62,222 nucleotides of DNA from an uncultured Candidatus Saccharibacteria bacterium (GCA_964505005.1 CAZDFQ010000003.1:1-62222); one strand, 5' to 3'. Counted from the first letter of the stretch, positions 23,158 to 35,141 are shown. Notes: generated from the letters alone by a model not told the origin. Numbers and translations: made by a program.

Positions 23158-23250
23158 TTACTTCGTGGCATTGTAAATGGCCGCGATTTCAGCGGCCGAG
23201 AGGGCGCGGTTGTAGATGCGGACATCCTCGAGGGGGCCGGTAAAAAAGCA
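23158..23250 (-). pseudogene. Orphan C-terminal fragment of a LamG/concanavalin-A-like domain
   Basis: Translates CFFTGPLEDVRIYNRALSAAEIAAIYNATK*, a typical LamG C-terminus; in-frame stop at 23317-23319 upstream. Confidence 0.7.
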
Positions 23251-23371
23251 ATTACAGGATTCCCCTTTCTGGTATCGCACCTGTGCCGACCTGATTAGCA
23301 GTTGTAGCAGTAAACATTAGCCCGAAAGGGAAAACGGTTTTGGAGCTGCTGAAAGGCGCTCATAACAAAAA

Positions 23372-24913
23372 TCAAATCAGGCTTTTCAGCAAACTTTTAC
23401 CGGTCATTTCTTGGGGCTGGGGAATGCCTATCAGTTCAAGGATTGTTGGAGCCACATCCGAGAGGACGCCGGTTACTTCAAGCGAGAGATTCCGCCAGTT
23501 GACGAATTTCCGACCCCTGAATTCCGGCGCCACGAGGTAAAAAGGCACGGGATTAGGATCGTGCTGGGTTTCCAGGCGGCCAGTGGCCGGGCTCAACATT
23601 TCTTCAAGGTTGCCGTGGTCAGAAGTGATTATAATTATCGTTTCTTCATTCAGGCCGGCTTTAAGAAGACGGCTGATTTCTTTATCGATGACTTTGACCG
23701 TCTGGCAGCCGGCGGCAAAATCGCCGGTGTGGCCGATGGTATCCGGATTGGCATAATTGACCAAGATAAAGTCGAAGGAACGATTTTCAATTGATTGAAT
23801 CAGCCGGTCAGTAACGGCCGTGGCCATCAGCTCCGGATGTTCCTCAGCATGAGGGATGTTTAACGAAGGGATTAAAACTCGATATTCATTTTTGTAAGCC
23901 GGCTCGCGATAGCCATTAAAAAAATAGGTGATGTGAGCGTATTTGTAGGTCTCAGCTAGGCGAAGCTGGGTTTTGCCAGACCCGCTTAAAATCTTGCCTA
24001 AAGCGTTGTCCACTTGCTCCGGCGGATAGGCGACTGGCACTGAAAATTTCTCTTCGTATCGAGTCAGGGTCGTTAGGTAAAGATTATTGAATTTTTTGGG
24101 CGAGAACTTGTTGAAGTCATTCAGAATGAACGACTCGGCCAGTTCGCGGATGGAGTCCTCGCGGAAGTTGAAAAATATCACGGCGTCATTATCTTCGATT
24201 GGTTTGGCTGAAGCCAGTCGGAGCGGCGGCAGAAATTCCTCGGTGAGGCCGTCGTCATAATTTTTCTTGATGATTTTTGTCAATTCTTCCAGGCTCGAAA
24301 CAACTTGGCCGCCTTGACCCGTCAGACACTCGTAAGTTCTTTGAATCAGATGCCAGTTTTGGGTTCGGTCCAGGGCATAATAGCGGCCCGTGAGCGTCGC
24401 CAGTTTTCCCTGAGGAATTTTCTGGAGAAATTTTTCAAGCGTTTTCGGCGGACTGTCTTTGCCGTCGCTGAAAAGATGGAGTTTTACGTTATCCACTTTT
24501 TCATTTTCCGCGAACTGGATGAGCGCTTGAAGATGTTCGAGCGAAGCGTGGATATTGGCTTCGGTCAGGAGGCCGATTAGATTAACAGCCGAGTTGTTTT
24601 TTTTGGCATGGCCAAAAGCATCTTTCAGTGCCTTATTTTCAAAAAAACTTTTGTCTTGGATGGCCATGATGATTCTGGGGAAGTATTGATAGATGACTTT
24701 GCCGGCGCCAATGGTCAGATGGCCGACTTCGCTGTTGCCGACTTCTCCCCAGGGGAGACCAACGGCGATACCCGAGGCCTGCAAGCTGCCGACCGGAAAA
24801 TTCTCTTCAAGCATCCGGAAATTCTCCGGTTTGACCACATAAATCGGATTTGATTCGTCGTTCCGGCCGATGCCCCAGCCGTCCAAGATTATTAAAACTA
24901 CGCTTTTTTTCAT
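23372..24913 (-). CDS. gpmI: 2,3-bisphosphoglycerate-independent phosphoglycerate mutase
   Basis: LIILDGWG, GNSEVGH, ETYKYAH, NYANPDTIGHTG, TSDHGN. Confidence 0.97.
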   Translation of the reverse strand: MKKSVVLIILDGWGIGRNDESNPIYVVKPENFRMLEENFPVGSLQASGIAVGLPWGEVGNSEVGHLTIGAGKVIYQYFPRIIMAIQDKSFFENKALKDAFGHAKKNNSAVNLIGLLTEANIHASLEHLQALIQFAENEKVDNVKLHLFSDGKDSPPKTLEKFLQKIPQGKLATLTGRYYALDRTQNWHLIQRTYECLTGQGGQVVSSLEELTKIIKKNYDDGLTEEFLPPLRLASAKPIEDNDAVIFFNFREDSIRELAESFILNDFNKFSPKKFNNLYLTTLTRYEEKFSVPVAYPPEQVDNALGKILSGSGKTQLRLAETYKYAHITYFFNGYREPAYKNEYRVLIPSLNIPHAEEHPELMATAVTDRLIQSIENRSFDFILVNYANPDTIGHTGDFAAGCQTVKVIDKEISRLLKAGLNEETIIIITSDHGNLEEMLSPATGRLETQHDPNPVPFYLVAPEFRGRKFVNWRNLSLEVTGVLSDVAPTILELIGIPQPQEMTGKSLLKSLI

Positions 24914-24953
24914 AATTTTGGGGTTTAGGAGATTTTAGACGATTTTCGGAGTA

Positions 24954-24981
24954 TTGACTAATAATATCGACTTGTTAAAAT
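24954..24981 (+). promoter_or_regulatory. Putative sigma70 promoter of rny
   Basis: TTGACT, 16 nt, extended TGn TAAAAT. Confidence 0.45.
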
Positions 24982-25030
24982 AAAAAAATTAAAGAGTCAC
25001 TTAAAATTTTTTCCTAAAAAATTCACAATA

Positions 25031-25122
25031 GCGACCCGAATAACCCGAATTTCACTCGAATGACCCGAATGTCTAATTAAAAATTATTCGTATCATTCGG
25101 ATGCATTCGTAGATTCGGATTG
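25031..25122. repeat. Fold-back spacer (ACCCGAAT x3 / ATTCGG-ATTCGT x4)
   Basis: Degenerate ~9-10 nt direct repeats mirrored by their reverse complements. Confidence 0.7.
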
Positions 25123-25157
25123 CAATTAAAAGATGAAGAATTTAGGGACAAATAATT

Positions 25158-26681
25158 ATGAACATTTCGTTCCCGGCGCTGGTCAGCGGCCTAATTTTAG
25201 GTTTGATTCTCGGCTACTGGGTGCGGCATTTTTGGGCGGCTCGCCAGGCCGAATCAGTTGAAAGAAAAAGCAAGGAGCGGCTTGACGAAGCTGAATCCCG
25301 AGCCCGGAAAATAATTTTAGAAGCCGAAGAAAAAGCGGCGGCAGTTTCGGCCGACTTAAAAACCGAAGAAAAGAAGCGGCAACAGGAACTCCGGCAACTG
25401 GAAGGAAGATTATTCCAGCGCGAAGAACTGCTCGATAAAAAATTTTCTTCTTTAAGCGAAGAGGAAAGCCGGCTCAAGAGACGCGAGGAAGAATTTAAAA
25501 ACAGGGAAAAAGAAATCGTCGAAATTAGAAATCGGCTTCAAATTGAATTCGAAAAAATAAGCGGTCTGTCGAGAGAAGAAGCTAGACAAGAACTTTTTCG
25601 GCAGATTAAGGAAGATGAGCGTCGGGAATTAGCCGAGGCCTTACAGAAATTAGACCGGGAACGCGAGGAAGAAATTGAGAGGAGGTCGCTTGATGTTTTG
25701 ACCACCGTTATCCAGCGTTATGCCCGCTCTCATGTTTCCGAATTGACCACGACGGTTTTCCCCTTGGCTGACGAAGAATTAAAAGGGAAAATCATCGGTC
25801 GGGAAGGCCGCAACATTCGGGCTTTGGAACGCGCCACCGGTGTCGAGTTGGTCATTGACGAGACGCCGGACAGCATCGTTATCTCCTCCTTCGACCCTTT
25901 CCGGAGAGAAGTAGCCCGCCTGGCTTTGACCAAGTTAATCAGAGACGGTCGAATCCAACCGGCTAAAATCGAAGAAAAAGTTGAAGAAGCTAAGCAGGAA
26001 TTGAACAAGCGGGTGCTGGAAATCGGCGAAGAAGCCGCCGCCGAAGTCGGCATTTATGATTTACCCAAAGAGGTTTTGCAGCTTTTTGGTCGGCTTCATT
26101 TCCGGACCAGTTTTGGACAGAATGTTTTAGCTCATTCTATTGAGATGGCGCATCTCGCCGGAATGCTCGCGGCTGAGTTGGGCTTGAATGTGGCCGTGGC
26201 TAAAAAGGCCGCCCTAGTTCATGATATCGGCAAAGCCATTGACCACGAAGTTGAAGGAACGCATGTGGAAATCGGCATAAAGATTTTGAAGAAATACGGC
26301 CTTGACGAAAAGGTGATTCAGGCGATGCAGTCGCACCACGAAGATTACCCTTTTGCCATCCCCGAAGCTTATGTGGTGACCGCAGCCGATGTTTTGTCAG
26401 CGGCCCGGCCCGGCGCCCGGCGGGGCACCCTCGAAAATTACATCAAGCGACTGACCGACTTGGAGCGCCTGGCCAATGAATTTCCGGGCGTTAAAAATGC
26501 TTACGCCATTTCCGCTGGTCGGGAACTCCGGGTTTTCGTCGTCCCGGAAAAAATAGATGATTTTGGCGCCCTGGATTTGGCGCGGCAAATTGCCAACCGC
26601 ATCCAGTCCGAGTTAAAATATCCTGGCGAGATAAAAGTCAATGTCATCCGCGAGGTGAGAGCCGTCGAATACGCAAAGTGA
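25158..26681 (+). CDS. rny: Ribonuclease Y
   Basis: N-terminal TM + coiled coil, KH domain (KGKIIGREGRNIR), HD domain (LVHDIGK), AISAGRE. Confidence 0.98.
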   Translation: MNISFPALVSGLILGLILGYWVRHFWAARQAESVERKSKERLDEAESRARKIILEAEEKAAAVSADLKTEEKKRQQELRQLEGRLFQREELLDKKFSSLSEEESRLKRREEEFKNREKEIVEIRNRLQIEFEKISGLSREEARQELFRQIKEDERRELAEALQKLDREREEEIERRSLDVLTTVIQRYARSHVSELTTTVFPLADEELKGKIIGREGRNIRALERATGVELVIDETPDSIVISSFDPFRREVARLALTKLIRDGRIQPAKIEEKVEEAKQELNKRVLEIGEEAAAEVGIYDLPKEVLQLFGRLHFRTSFGQNVLAHSIEMAHLAGMLAAELGLNVAVAKKAALVHDIGKAIDHEVEGTHVEIGIKILKKYGLDEKVIQAMQSHHEDYPFAIPEAYVVTAADVLSAARPGARRGTLENYIKRLTDLERLANEFPGVKNAYAISAGRELRVFVVPEKIDDFGALDLARQIANRIQSELKYPGEIKVNVIREVRAVEYAK

Positions 26682-26689
26682 AAATCAAA

Positions 26690-26791
26690 TTATCAGCATC
26701 AATCCGCTAAAATCAGCATTAATCAGCGCTTGGAAATAATGCTCAAGTTCTAACGCTGATTTATGCTGACGACGGCTGATTAATGCCGATA
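26690..26791. repeat. Fold-back spacer (ATCAGC/GCTGAT family)
   Basis: atcagc repeats on the left, gctgat repeats on the right; same family as 60812-60912. Confidence 0.7.
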
Positions 26792-26796
26792 CTTGC

Positions 26797-28188
26797 ATGC
26801 TATTAAAGCTTTCTAAATTTTTCCTCTACGTCTCGGTTTTCAGCGTTTTGATTGTTTTGAACTGGACATTTTTTCCGTTTATTGGCGGCAAGGATTATTT
26901 TTTTCGAACCAGCGTTGAATGGGCGCTGATTTTTTTTATTTTGGGGTTGGGGTTTGAGGCCAGGAAGGGAGAGGGGCTCGCCCGCTTGAAGAAATTGTTC
27001 AAGCAGCCGCTTTTTCTGGCCGTGTCCATTTTCGTTCTGGCGTTTATGTTAGCCACGATTTTTGCCTCTGATTCCCGGGCGGCTTTCTGGTCTAATTACG
27101 AGCGCGGCGAAGGTGGCTTCCAAATGCTTCATTATTATGCCTTTTTCTTTCTTCTGGTTTTTCTTTTTAAAGAAAAGAAGGACTGGCAGCGGCTGTTTTG
27201 GCTGGCGCTGACCGCGGCCGCGGGAATGATTCTTTATGGTATGGGAGCGGCGGCTTTCACCGCTAATCCTCTAACCGGAGAGCTCGCCAATCCTTTTGGG
27301 TTTGTCGGCCCTTATTTTTCTAACGGCAAGTTGAGTAATCCGACGTTCTTGGGCCGATTATTCGTCGGGCCGCGATTTCAAGGGTCGCTTGGCAATCCGG
27401 CTTATGTGGCGCCTTACCTGATGTTCTCGCTTTTTTATATTTTCTGGCTATGGTTGTCCGAGTCCGGCTCGAAACTTTTAAAAAACATTTTATACGGAGC
27501 GGCGGCCGCCTTTTTGACAGTCTTCTTTATTGCTTCTCAAACGCGCGGGGCTTTTGTGGGCTTGGTTGCCGCTACTTTTGTTTTCTTAGCGGTGTTGGTT
27601 ATTGAGAATCAGGCCCGGCGGAAACAATTGCTGGTTCTAATCGCGGTTTTGGTAATTTTGCTGACTGTTCTTATTTATTACCGCAACACGGCTTTCGTTA
27701 GACAATTGCCGAGCGGCCGGCTCTTCGACCTTGCTTTCTCCGACCGGACTTTTCAGACGCGGCTCTGGACTTGGAATTCGGCCTGGCAGGGCTTTAAAGA
27801 GAGGCCGATTCTCGGCTGGGGACCGGAGAATTTTTCCGCGGTGTTCGATAAATATTTTGACCCCCGGCATTATGTTCCTGGCCAGAACTCCGAAACCTGG
27901 TTTGATTATGCTCACAGCCTTGTTTTTGATTATTTAGCCGAGACAGGGATTCTGGGACTCCTGAGTTTTTTGGGGATATTTCTGGTATTTTATCGCGAGT
28001 GGTGGAAAAGGAATTCTGATTTTGACAAGCCGGCTAAAAAGGCCTTGCTGGCGGCCATGCCAGCCGGTTACTTGGTTCAAGGGTTGGCGCTCTTCAATGT
28101 TTTCCCGATTTATCTAAATGTGTTTTTAGTTTTTGCCTTTGCGTGCTATTTATTCTACGGAGCTGAGAAATCAGAAATGAGAAATTAG
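26797..28188 (+). CDS. O-antigen ligase (Wzy_C) family membrane protein
   Basis: About 12 TM helices; GSLGNPAY, SQTRGA, RPILGWGPENF, AHS motifs. Confidence 0.9.
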   Translation: MLLKLSKFFLYVSVFSVLIVLNWTFFPFIGGKDYFFRTSVEWALIFFILGLGFEARKGEGLARLKKLFKQPLFLAVSIFVLAFMLATIFASDSRAAFWSNYERGEGGFQMLHYYAFFFLLVFLFKEKKDWQRLFWLALTAAAGMILYGMGAAAFTANPLTGELANPFGFVGPYFSNGKLSNPTFLGRLFVGPRFQGSLGNPAYVAPYLMFSLFYIFWLWLSESGSKLLKNILYGAAAAFLTVFFIASQTRGAFVGLVAATFVFLAVLVIENQARRKQLLVLIAVLVILLTVLIYYRNTAFVRQLPSGRLFDLAFSDRTFQTRLWTWNSAWQGFKERPILGWGPENFSAVFDKYFDPRHYVPGQNSETWFDYAHSLVFDYLAETGILGLLSFLGIFLVFYREWWKRNSDFDKPAKKALLAAMPAGYLVQGLALFNVFPIYLNVFLVFAFACYLFYGAEKSEMRN

Positions 28189-28252
28189 GTATTTTGTGGC
28201 TGAATATAATTTCGTATATTCGTAAATAATTCGTATTTCGTAGCCTAAAATT

Positions 28253-28852
28253 ATGAGCCCCGTAATCAAAAAAGCCATTGCCATAGCCGTTGTCGTTTTC
28301 ATTATCGCTATTGACTATTACGGTTCTTATCTGCCCTGGCGAAAGTCAACTCTTTTTATCGAGGCCATGCAAAGCACTTCGGCAATAAGAACAATCAGCG
28401 ACTTTGAACGGATATTTTCTATCCCTCTTGACTATTCCTCGCCAATCGGTCAGGAAGAACTGGTGCGCAGCGTTGCTAATAGTATTATTAATAGCTTGAA
28501 TTCCATCCCCCAGTCCCAGGGGATTAAAGAAATGATAAGGTACGTTGAAAATTATTACGAACCGATTATTAATCGCGGCCGGGGAATGAGTTTTGGCCAG
28601 AATCTTTATCTTTTGGGGGCTTTGAACGAGAGCGCCTATTTAAAAACCCGCGAAATCAGCTATCTTAATAGCGCTGAGAAGTATTTCAAAAAAGCCCAGG
28701 AATTAGGACCAAAACGGCCCCAGCCGCTTTACGGTCTTTTCGATGTTTACCGGCTGAAAGGCGACAAGGCCGCGGCCGAAGCCATCGGTCGGCAAATTAT
28801 CAGTCAGTGGCCTGATGATGAAAAAATTCTAGCGGCTTTCAAAAGTTTATGA
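28253..28852 (+). CDS. TPR-like protein with an N-terminal TM helix (possibly the split C-terminus of the ligase)
   Basis: AEKYFKKAQELGPKRPQ TPR-like helix pair. Confidence 0.7.
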   Translation: MSPVIKKAIAIAVVVFIIAIDYYGSYLPWRKSTLFIEAMQSTSAIRTISDFERIFSIPLDYSSPIGQEELVRSVANSIINSLNSIPQSQGIKEMIRYVENYYEPIINRGRGMSFGQNLYLLGALNESAYLKTREISYLNSAEKYFKKAQELGPKRPQPLYGLFDVYRLKGDKAAAEAIGRQIISQWPDDEKILAAFKSL

Positions 28853-28871
28853 AACTTCGTTTCCTCAATCG

Positions 28872-28899
28872 GTTCCCTGTCTGCCGGCAGGCAGGGAAC
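28872..28899. repeat. Near-perfect palindrome GTTCCCTGTCTGCCGGCAGGCAGGGAAC
   Basis: Self-complementary except for one G.T position. Confidence 0.8.
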
Positions 28900-29085
28900 G
28901 GCAATCGTCCGCCTCGGGCGGATGTTGCCTCGCTGCCGATTGGAGAAGTTAGCGGTTCTTCGACCTCGGCATTTTAGCGTGTTTACTGTTTAGGCGGGCA
29001 GCTTAATTCTTGTCAGATAGAAAATTGGCGGCTTAAGCTTCCTGCTTAATTTACAAGATGGTAGTTAATTGCTATATTCTTATGG

Positions 29086-29595
29086 ATGAAGCCTTGGATT
29101 GACAGAAAAACAGAAGTTAGAAAATTCAAAAAAGAAGAGGCCAGCTGGTTAGCCGGCGTTATTGATGGAGAGGGGTCAATTGGTTTATATAATTATGGCA
29201 GAGAGGGCAGGAGGGTATGTATTCAGCTGGCTAATACGAACAAGGAGTTTGTTTGTAAGGTTAGAAGGATTGTGGGCTGCGGGTCTCAAATTAACAGAAC
29301 TGGCTGGCATAAAAGCCACAAAGGGAGGAAAGCATTATACCTATACAGCTTGAAAGGTTCAAACAGATGTTATCGGGCTTTAAAGCAGATTGTGCCGTAT
29401 CTGATTATAAAGAGAAAGAAAGCAATAGATATTTTGAAAGAACTCGAAGAAAAACCGTTTGGAAGATGGTTGAACGCCCTTCCAGAATACAGAAAGATGC
29501 ATTCGGATAGATTAAAAAAGCAATGGCAAAATCCGATAATAAGGCAAAAAATGATTGAGGGGATAAAAAGATATTATGAATCAAGAAAGAAGTAA
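29086..29595 (+). CDS. Free-standing single-motif LAGLIDADG homing endonuclease
   Basis: [14 protein letters not shown]; IQLANT; YLIIKRKKA; overlaps the gmd start by 20 bp. Confidence 0.88.
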   Translation: MKPWIDRKTEVRKFKKEEASWLAGVIDGEGSIGLYNYGREGRRVCIQLANTNKEFVCKVRRIVGCGSQINRTGWHKSHKGRKALYLYSLKGSNRCYRALKQIVPYLIIKRKKAIDILKELEEKPFGRWLNALPEYRKMHSDRLKKQWQNPIIRQKMIEGIKRYYESRKK

Positions 29596-31777
29596 AAAAA
29601 TTGCTTTAGTTTTCGGAGCGACGGGACAAGATGGCTCATATTTGATTGAGCTTCTGCTTGGTAAAGATTACGAAGTCCACGGCGTTATTCGTCGCGCCTC
29701 AACATTCAACACCAGTCGCATTGACCATCTTTACCAAGACCCGCACGTGAACGGCGTAAAGATGTTTCTTCACTACGGCGATTTGGCTGATGCCAACACC
29801 ATCCGCAAACTCATTTATAGAATTAAGCCGGACGAGATTTACAATCTTGGCGCCCAGTCGCATGTCCGGGTAAGTTTTGACATCCCGGAATACACCGCCA
29901 ACATCACGGCTTTGGGAGCCCTGCGCGTGCTCGAAGCCATTAAGGATTACGAAGAATACACCGGCAAAAAAGTCAAATTTTACCAAGCTTCGAGTTCAGA
30001 GATGTTCGGAGCCGCGCCGCCGCCGCAGAATGAGAACACGCCTTTCCAGCCCCGCAGCCCCTACGGCATTTCCAAGGTTTTCGCTTTTTACACCACCAAG
30101 AACTACCGCGAGGCCTACGGGATTTTTGCGGTCAACGGCATACTGTTCAATCACGAAACAGTAGCCTCATTTATGCCGATGTTTTGTAAAAAGAAAGACG
30201 AAAAGGAATTTGATATAAGGCCAATCAGTGAAATAGTAGAATTTGACGAAAGCGTGCATCGTTATCAATCAAAACAGGTCTCCGGCATTCAGGTATGGGG
30301 GGAAGATGGTTGGGTGGATGCGACTCATGCTTCTGCCTATCCTCATGATATTGAAAATGACAATAAGAAGCCGCGTTTCATAAATGCACGTATCGGAGCG
30401 TATCTGGCAACTTCGAGCCATATTGCTTTTATGGACGGCAAAGAAGAGAAAAAAACAGCAGAAATTTCAATCGGCGATAGAATGGAGATGATAGACCTCC
30501 CGGATTCTCCGCAAAAGAATTGCATTTCAGAGGAGGAGGCGGAACTTATGGGTATGATGGTGGGCGACGGTTCATATAGCCACGCCAAACGCGGAATTGG
30601 AGTGTACGGAAAGTTTACTAATTCATCGCCAGCGGTAAGGGAGTATTTTGATTTATTGTGGCGCAAAGTTACGAGAGGAAGTACGCGTTACCATCCTACT
30701 CGTTCCGGATTTAAGCCAGAGAAGGTAGTTGGGCAGCTTATTTTGAATGGCAATAATGAGTGGCTGCGGAAACTTGATATGTATAACCGCGATAGAACGA
30801 AACGGGCGCCTAAAGTCATTCTGAATGCTCCGAAACATATCATGACGGCTTTTCTCCGCGGCTACAATGCTACCGATGGATTAAAATCCAATCCTTGCGT
30901 ATATGAATTCAGAAATTTTAAGACCAATTCAGCAACCTTGGCGATGGGGCTATGGTATCTCATTGACCAGACAACAGAGCAGGATATTAATCTTACCGTA
31001 GAAACTAAAGACGACGGAAGAATATTTTATTCTTTGAACATCCTTTCTACAGTTGATAACAAAGAGAAAGAAGAAACAGTAAGGGAGCTTATTGTTGCTG
31101 GGGTTTCGCAACGCGGAATGAATCGGATGAGTGGTATATCCCGGACATTTATCAGGAAGATTCAGCGCGGCGGCTCTTGCGAACCCATTCATCACTTGCG
31201 CAAAGATTCTCTGGAGGTGAAAAAGATTGTTGAATTACCTCGCTATCAAGGCTGGTTTTATGATTTGGAAACATCATCTGGAGAATTTCACTGCGGAATT
31301 GGGAAAATTCATGTCCATAATAGTCCGCGGCGCGGCGAGACATTCGTTACCAAGAAGGTTACTCGCGGCATTGCGCGGATTCTGGCCGGTCTGGACAAAA
31401 AAATTTATTTGGGCAACCTGGAAGCCAAACGGGACTGGGGTTATGCGCCGGAATACATGGAAGCGGCCTGGTTGATGATGCAGCAGCCGGCAGCGGACGA
31501 CTATGTGGTCGGCACCGGCGAAAATCACTCGGTTAAAGAATTTGTGGAAAAATCTTTCGGGCTGGTTGGAATTTCTGACTGGCAAAAGCACATTGATATT
31601 GACCCGCGCTACTACCGGCCAACCGAAGTCGGAAACTTGGTGGCCGACGCCCGGAAAGCCAAAGAGAAACTCGGCTGGCAGCCAAAAATCAGATTCGATG
31701 ATTTAGTCAAAATTATGCTGAAGCACGACTTGGAAAAACACGGACTTAAGGACTACGCCGAGAAAATTCAGTTATAA
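29576..31777 (+). CDS. gmd: GDP-mannose 4,6-dehydratase with a 388-aa intein (345-aa extein)
   Basis: [38 protein letters not shown]|[16 protein letters not shown]. Confidence 0.97.
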   Translation: MNQERSKKIALVFGATGQDGSYLIELLLGKDYEVHGVIRRASTFNTSRIDHLYQDPHVNGVKMFLHYGDLADANTIRKLIYRIKPDEIYNLGAQSHVRVSFDIPEYTANITALGALRVLEAIKDYEEYTGKKVKFYQASSSEMFGAAPPPQNENTPFQPRSPYGISKVFAFYTTKNYREAYGIFAVNGILFNHETVASFMPMFCKKKDEKEFDIRPISEIVEFDESVHRYQSKQVSGIQVWGEDGWVDATHASAYPHDIENDNKKPRFINARIGAYLATSSHIAFMDGKEEKKTAEISIGDRMEMIDLPDSPQKNCISEEEAELMGMMVGDGSYSHAKRGIGVYGKFTNSSPAVREYFDLLWRKVTRGSTRYHPTRSGFKPEKVVGQLILNGNNEWLRKLDMYNRDRTKRAPKVILNAPKHIMTAFLRGYNATDGLKSNPCVYEFRNFKTNSATLAMGLWYLIDQTTEQDINLTVETKDDGRIFYSLNILSTVDNKEKEETVRELIVAGVSQRGMNRMSGISRTFIRKIQRGGSCEPIHHLRKDSLEVKKIVELPRYQGWFYDLETSSGEFHCGIGKIHVHNSPRRGETFVTKKVTRGIARILAGLDKKIYLGNLEAKRDWGYAPEYMEAAWLMMQQPAADDYVVGTGENHSVKEFVEKSFGLVGISDWQKHIDIDPRYYRPTEVGNLVADARKAKEKLGWQPKIRFDDLVKIMLKHDLEKHGLKDYAEKIQL
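30158..31321 (+). mobile_element. Intein with a LAGLIDADG endonuclease; first residue Thr
   Basis: Interrupts FNHE/SPRRG; block B ATSSH; blocks [12 protein letters not shown] and [10 protein letters not shown]; block F FYDLET; block G IHVHN followed by Ser+1. Confidence 0.93.
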
Positions 31778-31797
31778 GAGGTCCGCCGCGAGAGTTT

Positions 31798-33659
<1,862 letters not shown>

Positions 33660-33730
33660 TTCAACGGTTTCTGTTTCGGCAACCAGAGATTTGCGGCTGT
33701 AAATTGATTTTTTGATTTCTTAGACATAGA

Positions 33731-34366
33731 ATGATGACCATGAATCAGGTCGCTAAGAAAGCGGTTCTTTTTGACCTCGACGGCGTTTTGCTCGAAGCCA
33801 GGGATTGGCACTACGAAGCCCTTAATAAAGCCCTCGGCCTTTTTGGTTTTACGATTAGCCGCGAGGAACACGACGGTTTTTACAACGGCCTGCCGACCAG
33901 AAAGAAACTGGCCAAGCTCAGCGAAGAAAAAGGGCTGTCGCCGGCTCTTCACGATTTCATTTCGGAGATGAAACAGAGACACACGACCGATTATATTTAT
34001 AATTTCGCCAGACCCTCCTTCGATAAACAACTTCTTTTAAGACGACTTAAAGAAAAAGGATTCAAGCTCGGCGTCTGCTCCAACGCTATCCGGACGACAG
34101 TGGAGATGATGCTGGAGAAAATGATGTTGGAAAATTATTTCGATGTTGTTTTGAGCAATCAGGATGTCGAGAACAATAAGCCGCATCCGGAAATATATCT
34201 AATGGCTATGGAACGGCTGGGCGTCACAGCTGAGGAAACCCTTATTGTTGAGGATGCCCCGCCCGGCATCGAGGCGGCTAAAGCCAGCGGCGCCACGGTT
34301 GTTGTCGTCAGCGGGCCGGCCGAGGTAAACTTAAGATTACTCTCCCGTCATTTAGAGGACCTCTAA
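33731..34366 (+). CDS. HAD-superfamily hydrolase (IA)
   Basis: FDLDGVL, CSN, KPHPEIY, VEDAPPG. Confidence 0.9.
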   Translation: MMTMNQVAKKAVLFDLDGVLLEARDWHYEALNKALGLFGFTISREEHDGFYNGLPTRKKLAKLSEEKGLSPALHDFISEMKQRHTTDYIYNFARPSFDKQLLLRRLKEKGFKLGVCSNAIRTTVEMMLEKMMLENYFDVVLSNQDVENNKPHPEIYLMAMERLGVTAEETLIVEDAPPGIEAAKASGATVVVVSGPAEVNLRLLSRHLEDL

Positions 34367-34403
34367 AAAATGTCCCGGCGCGAACCAAATGTAGAATAAC
34401 AAC

Positions 34404-35141
34404 ATGTTGAATATCGTCATCCCCTTAGCTGGTTTAGGAAAAAGATTCCAGGAGAAAGGCTATTCTTTCCCTAAGCCGCTTATCGAAATAAAAGGAAAAC
34501 CAATGGTTCAATGGGTAGCGCAAAATTTGTGTCCCAGAATCGACCACCGGTTTATATTCATTTGCCGCCGAGAACATTACAACAAATATAATTTAGGCGG
34601 CTTGTTAAATCTTATTGCGCCGGATTCGCCAATCGTTGTTGTCGATGGTTTGACGGCCGGCGCCGCCTGCACCGTGCTTCTGGCCAAGGAATATATTAAT
34701 AATGATGAGCCCTTGATGATTGCCAATTCTGACCAATATGTCGATATCTCGATAGACGATTTTATTTCAGCAGCTAAAAATGATGATGTCGACGGCCTGA
34801 TTATGACTTTTAAAGCCACTCATCCCAAGTGGTCGTTTGCCAAAGTGGGCAAAGACGGCTTTGTTGATGAAGTGGCTGAAAAAAACCCGATTAGCGATAA
34901 CGCCACGGTCGGGATTTATTATTACAAACACGGCAAGTATTTCGTGGAGGCGGCTGAAGATATGATAAGAAAAGACATCAGGACAAACAATGAATTTTAT
35001 GTCTGCCCGACTTACAACGAAATGATTTTGCGAGATAAAAAGATAAAAATTTATGAAATTCCCGGAGAAAAAATGTTTGGCTGGGGGACGCCGGAGGATT
35101 TGGAATATTTTCTGACCACTCCTTTTTACAAGGCCTTATGA
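34404..35141 (+). CDS. Sugar-nucleotidyltransferase-like GT-A protein
   Basis: IPLAGLGKRF…PKPLI, GAACTVL, ANSDQ, ATVGIYY, EFYVCP, GTPEDL. Confidence 0.85.
   Translation: MLNIVIPLAGLGKRFQEKGYSFPKPLIEIKGKPMVQWVAQNLCPRIDHRFIFICRREHYNKYNLGGLLNLIAPDSPIVVVDGLTAGAACTVLLAKEYINNDEPLMIANSDQYVDISIDDFISAAKNDDVDGLIMTFKATHPKWSFAKVGKDGFVDEVAEKNPISDNATVGIYYYKHGKYFVEAAEDMIRKDIRTNNEFYVCPTYNEMILRDKKIKIYEIPGEKMFGWGTPEDLEYFLTTPFYKAL

Noticed and set aside
23158-23330. DGR template region
   Set aside because: No reverse transcriptase and no matching variable region in the window; kept only as a testable possibility
28858-29085. Group I intron hosting the LAGLIDADG gene
   Set aside because: I could not identify P7 or other core elements or an interrupted exon; the flanking genes are intact
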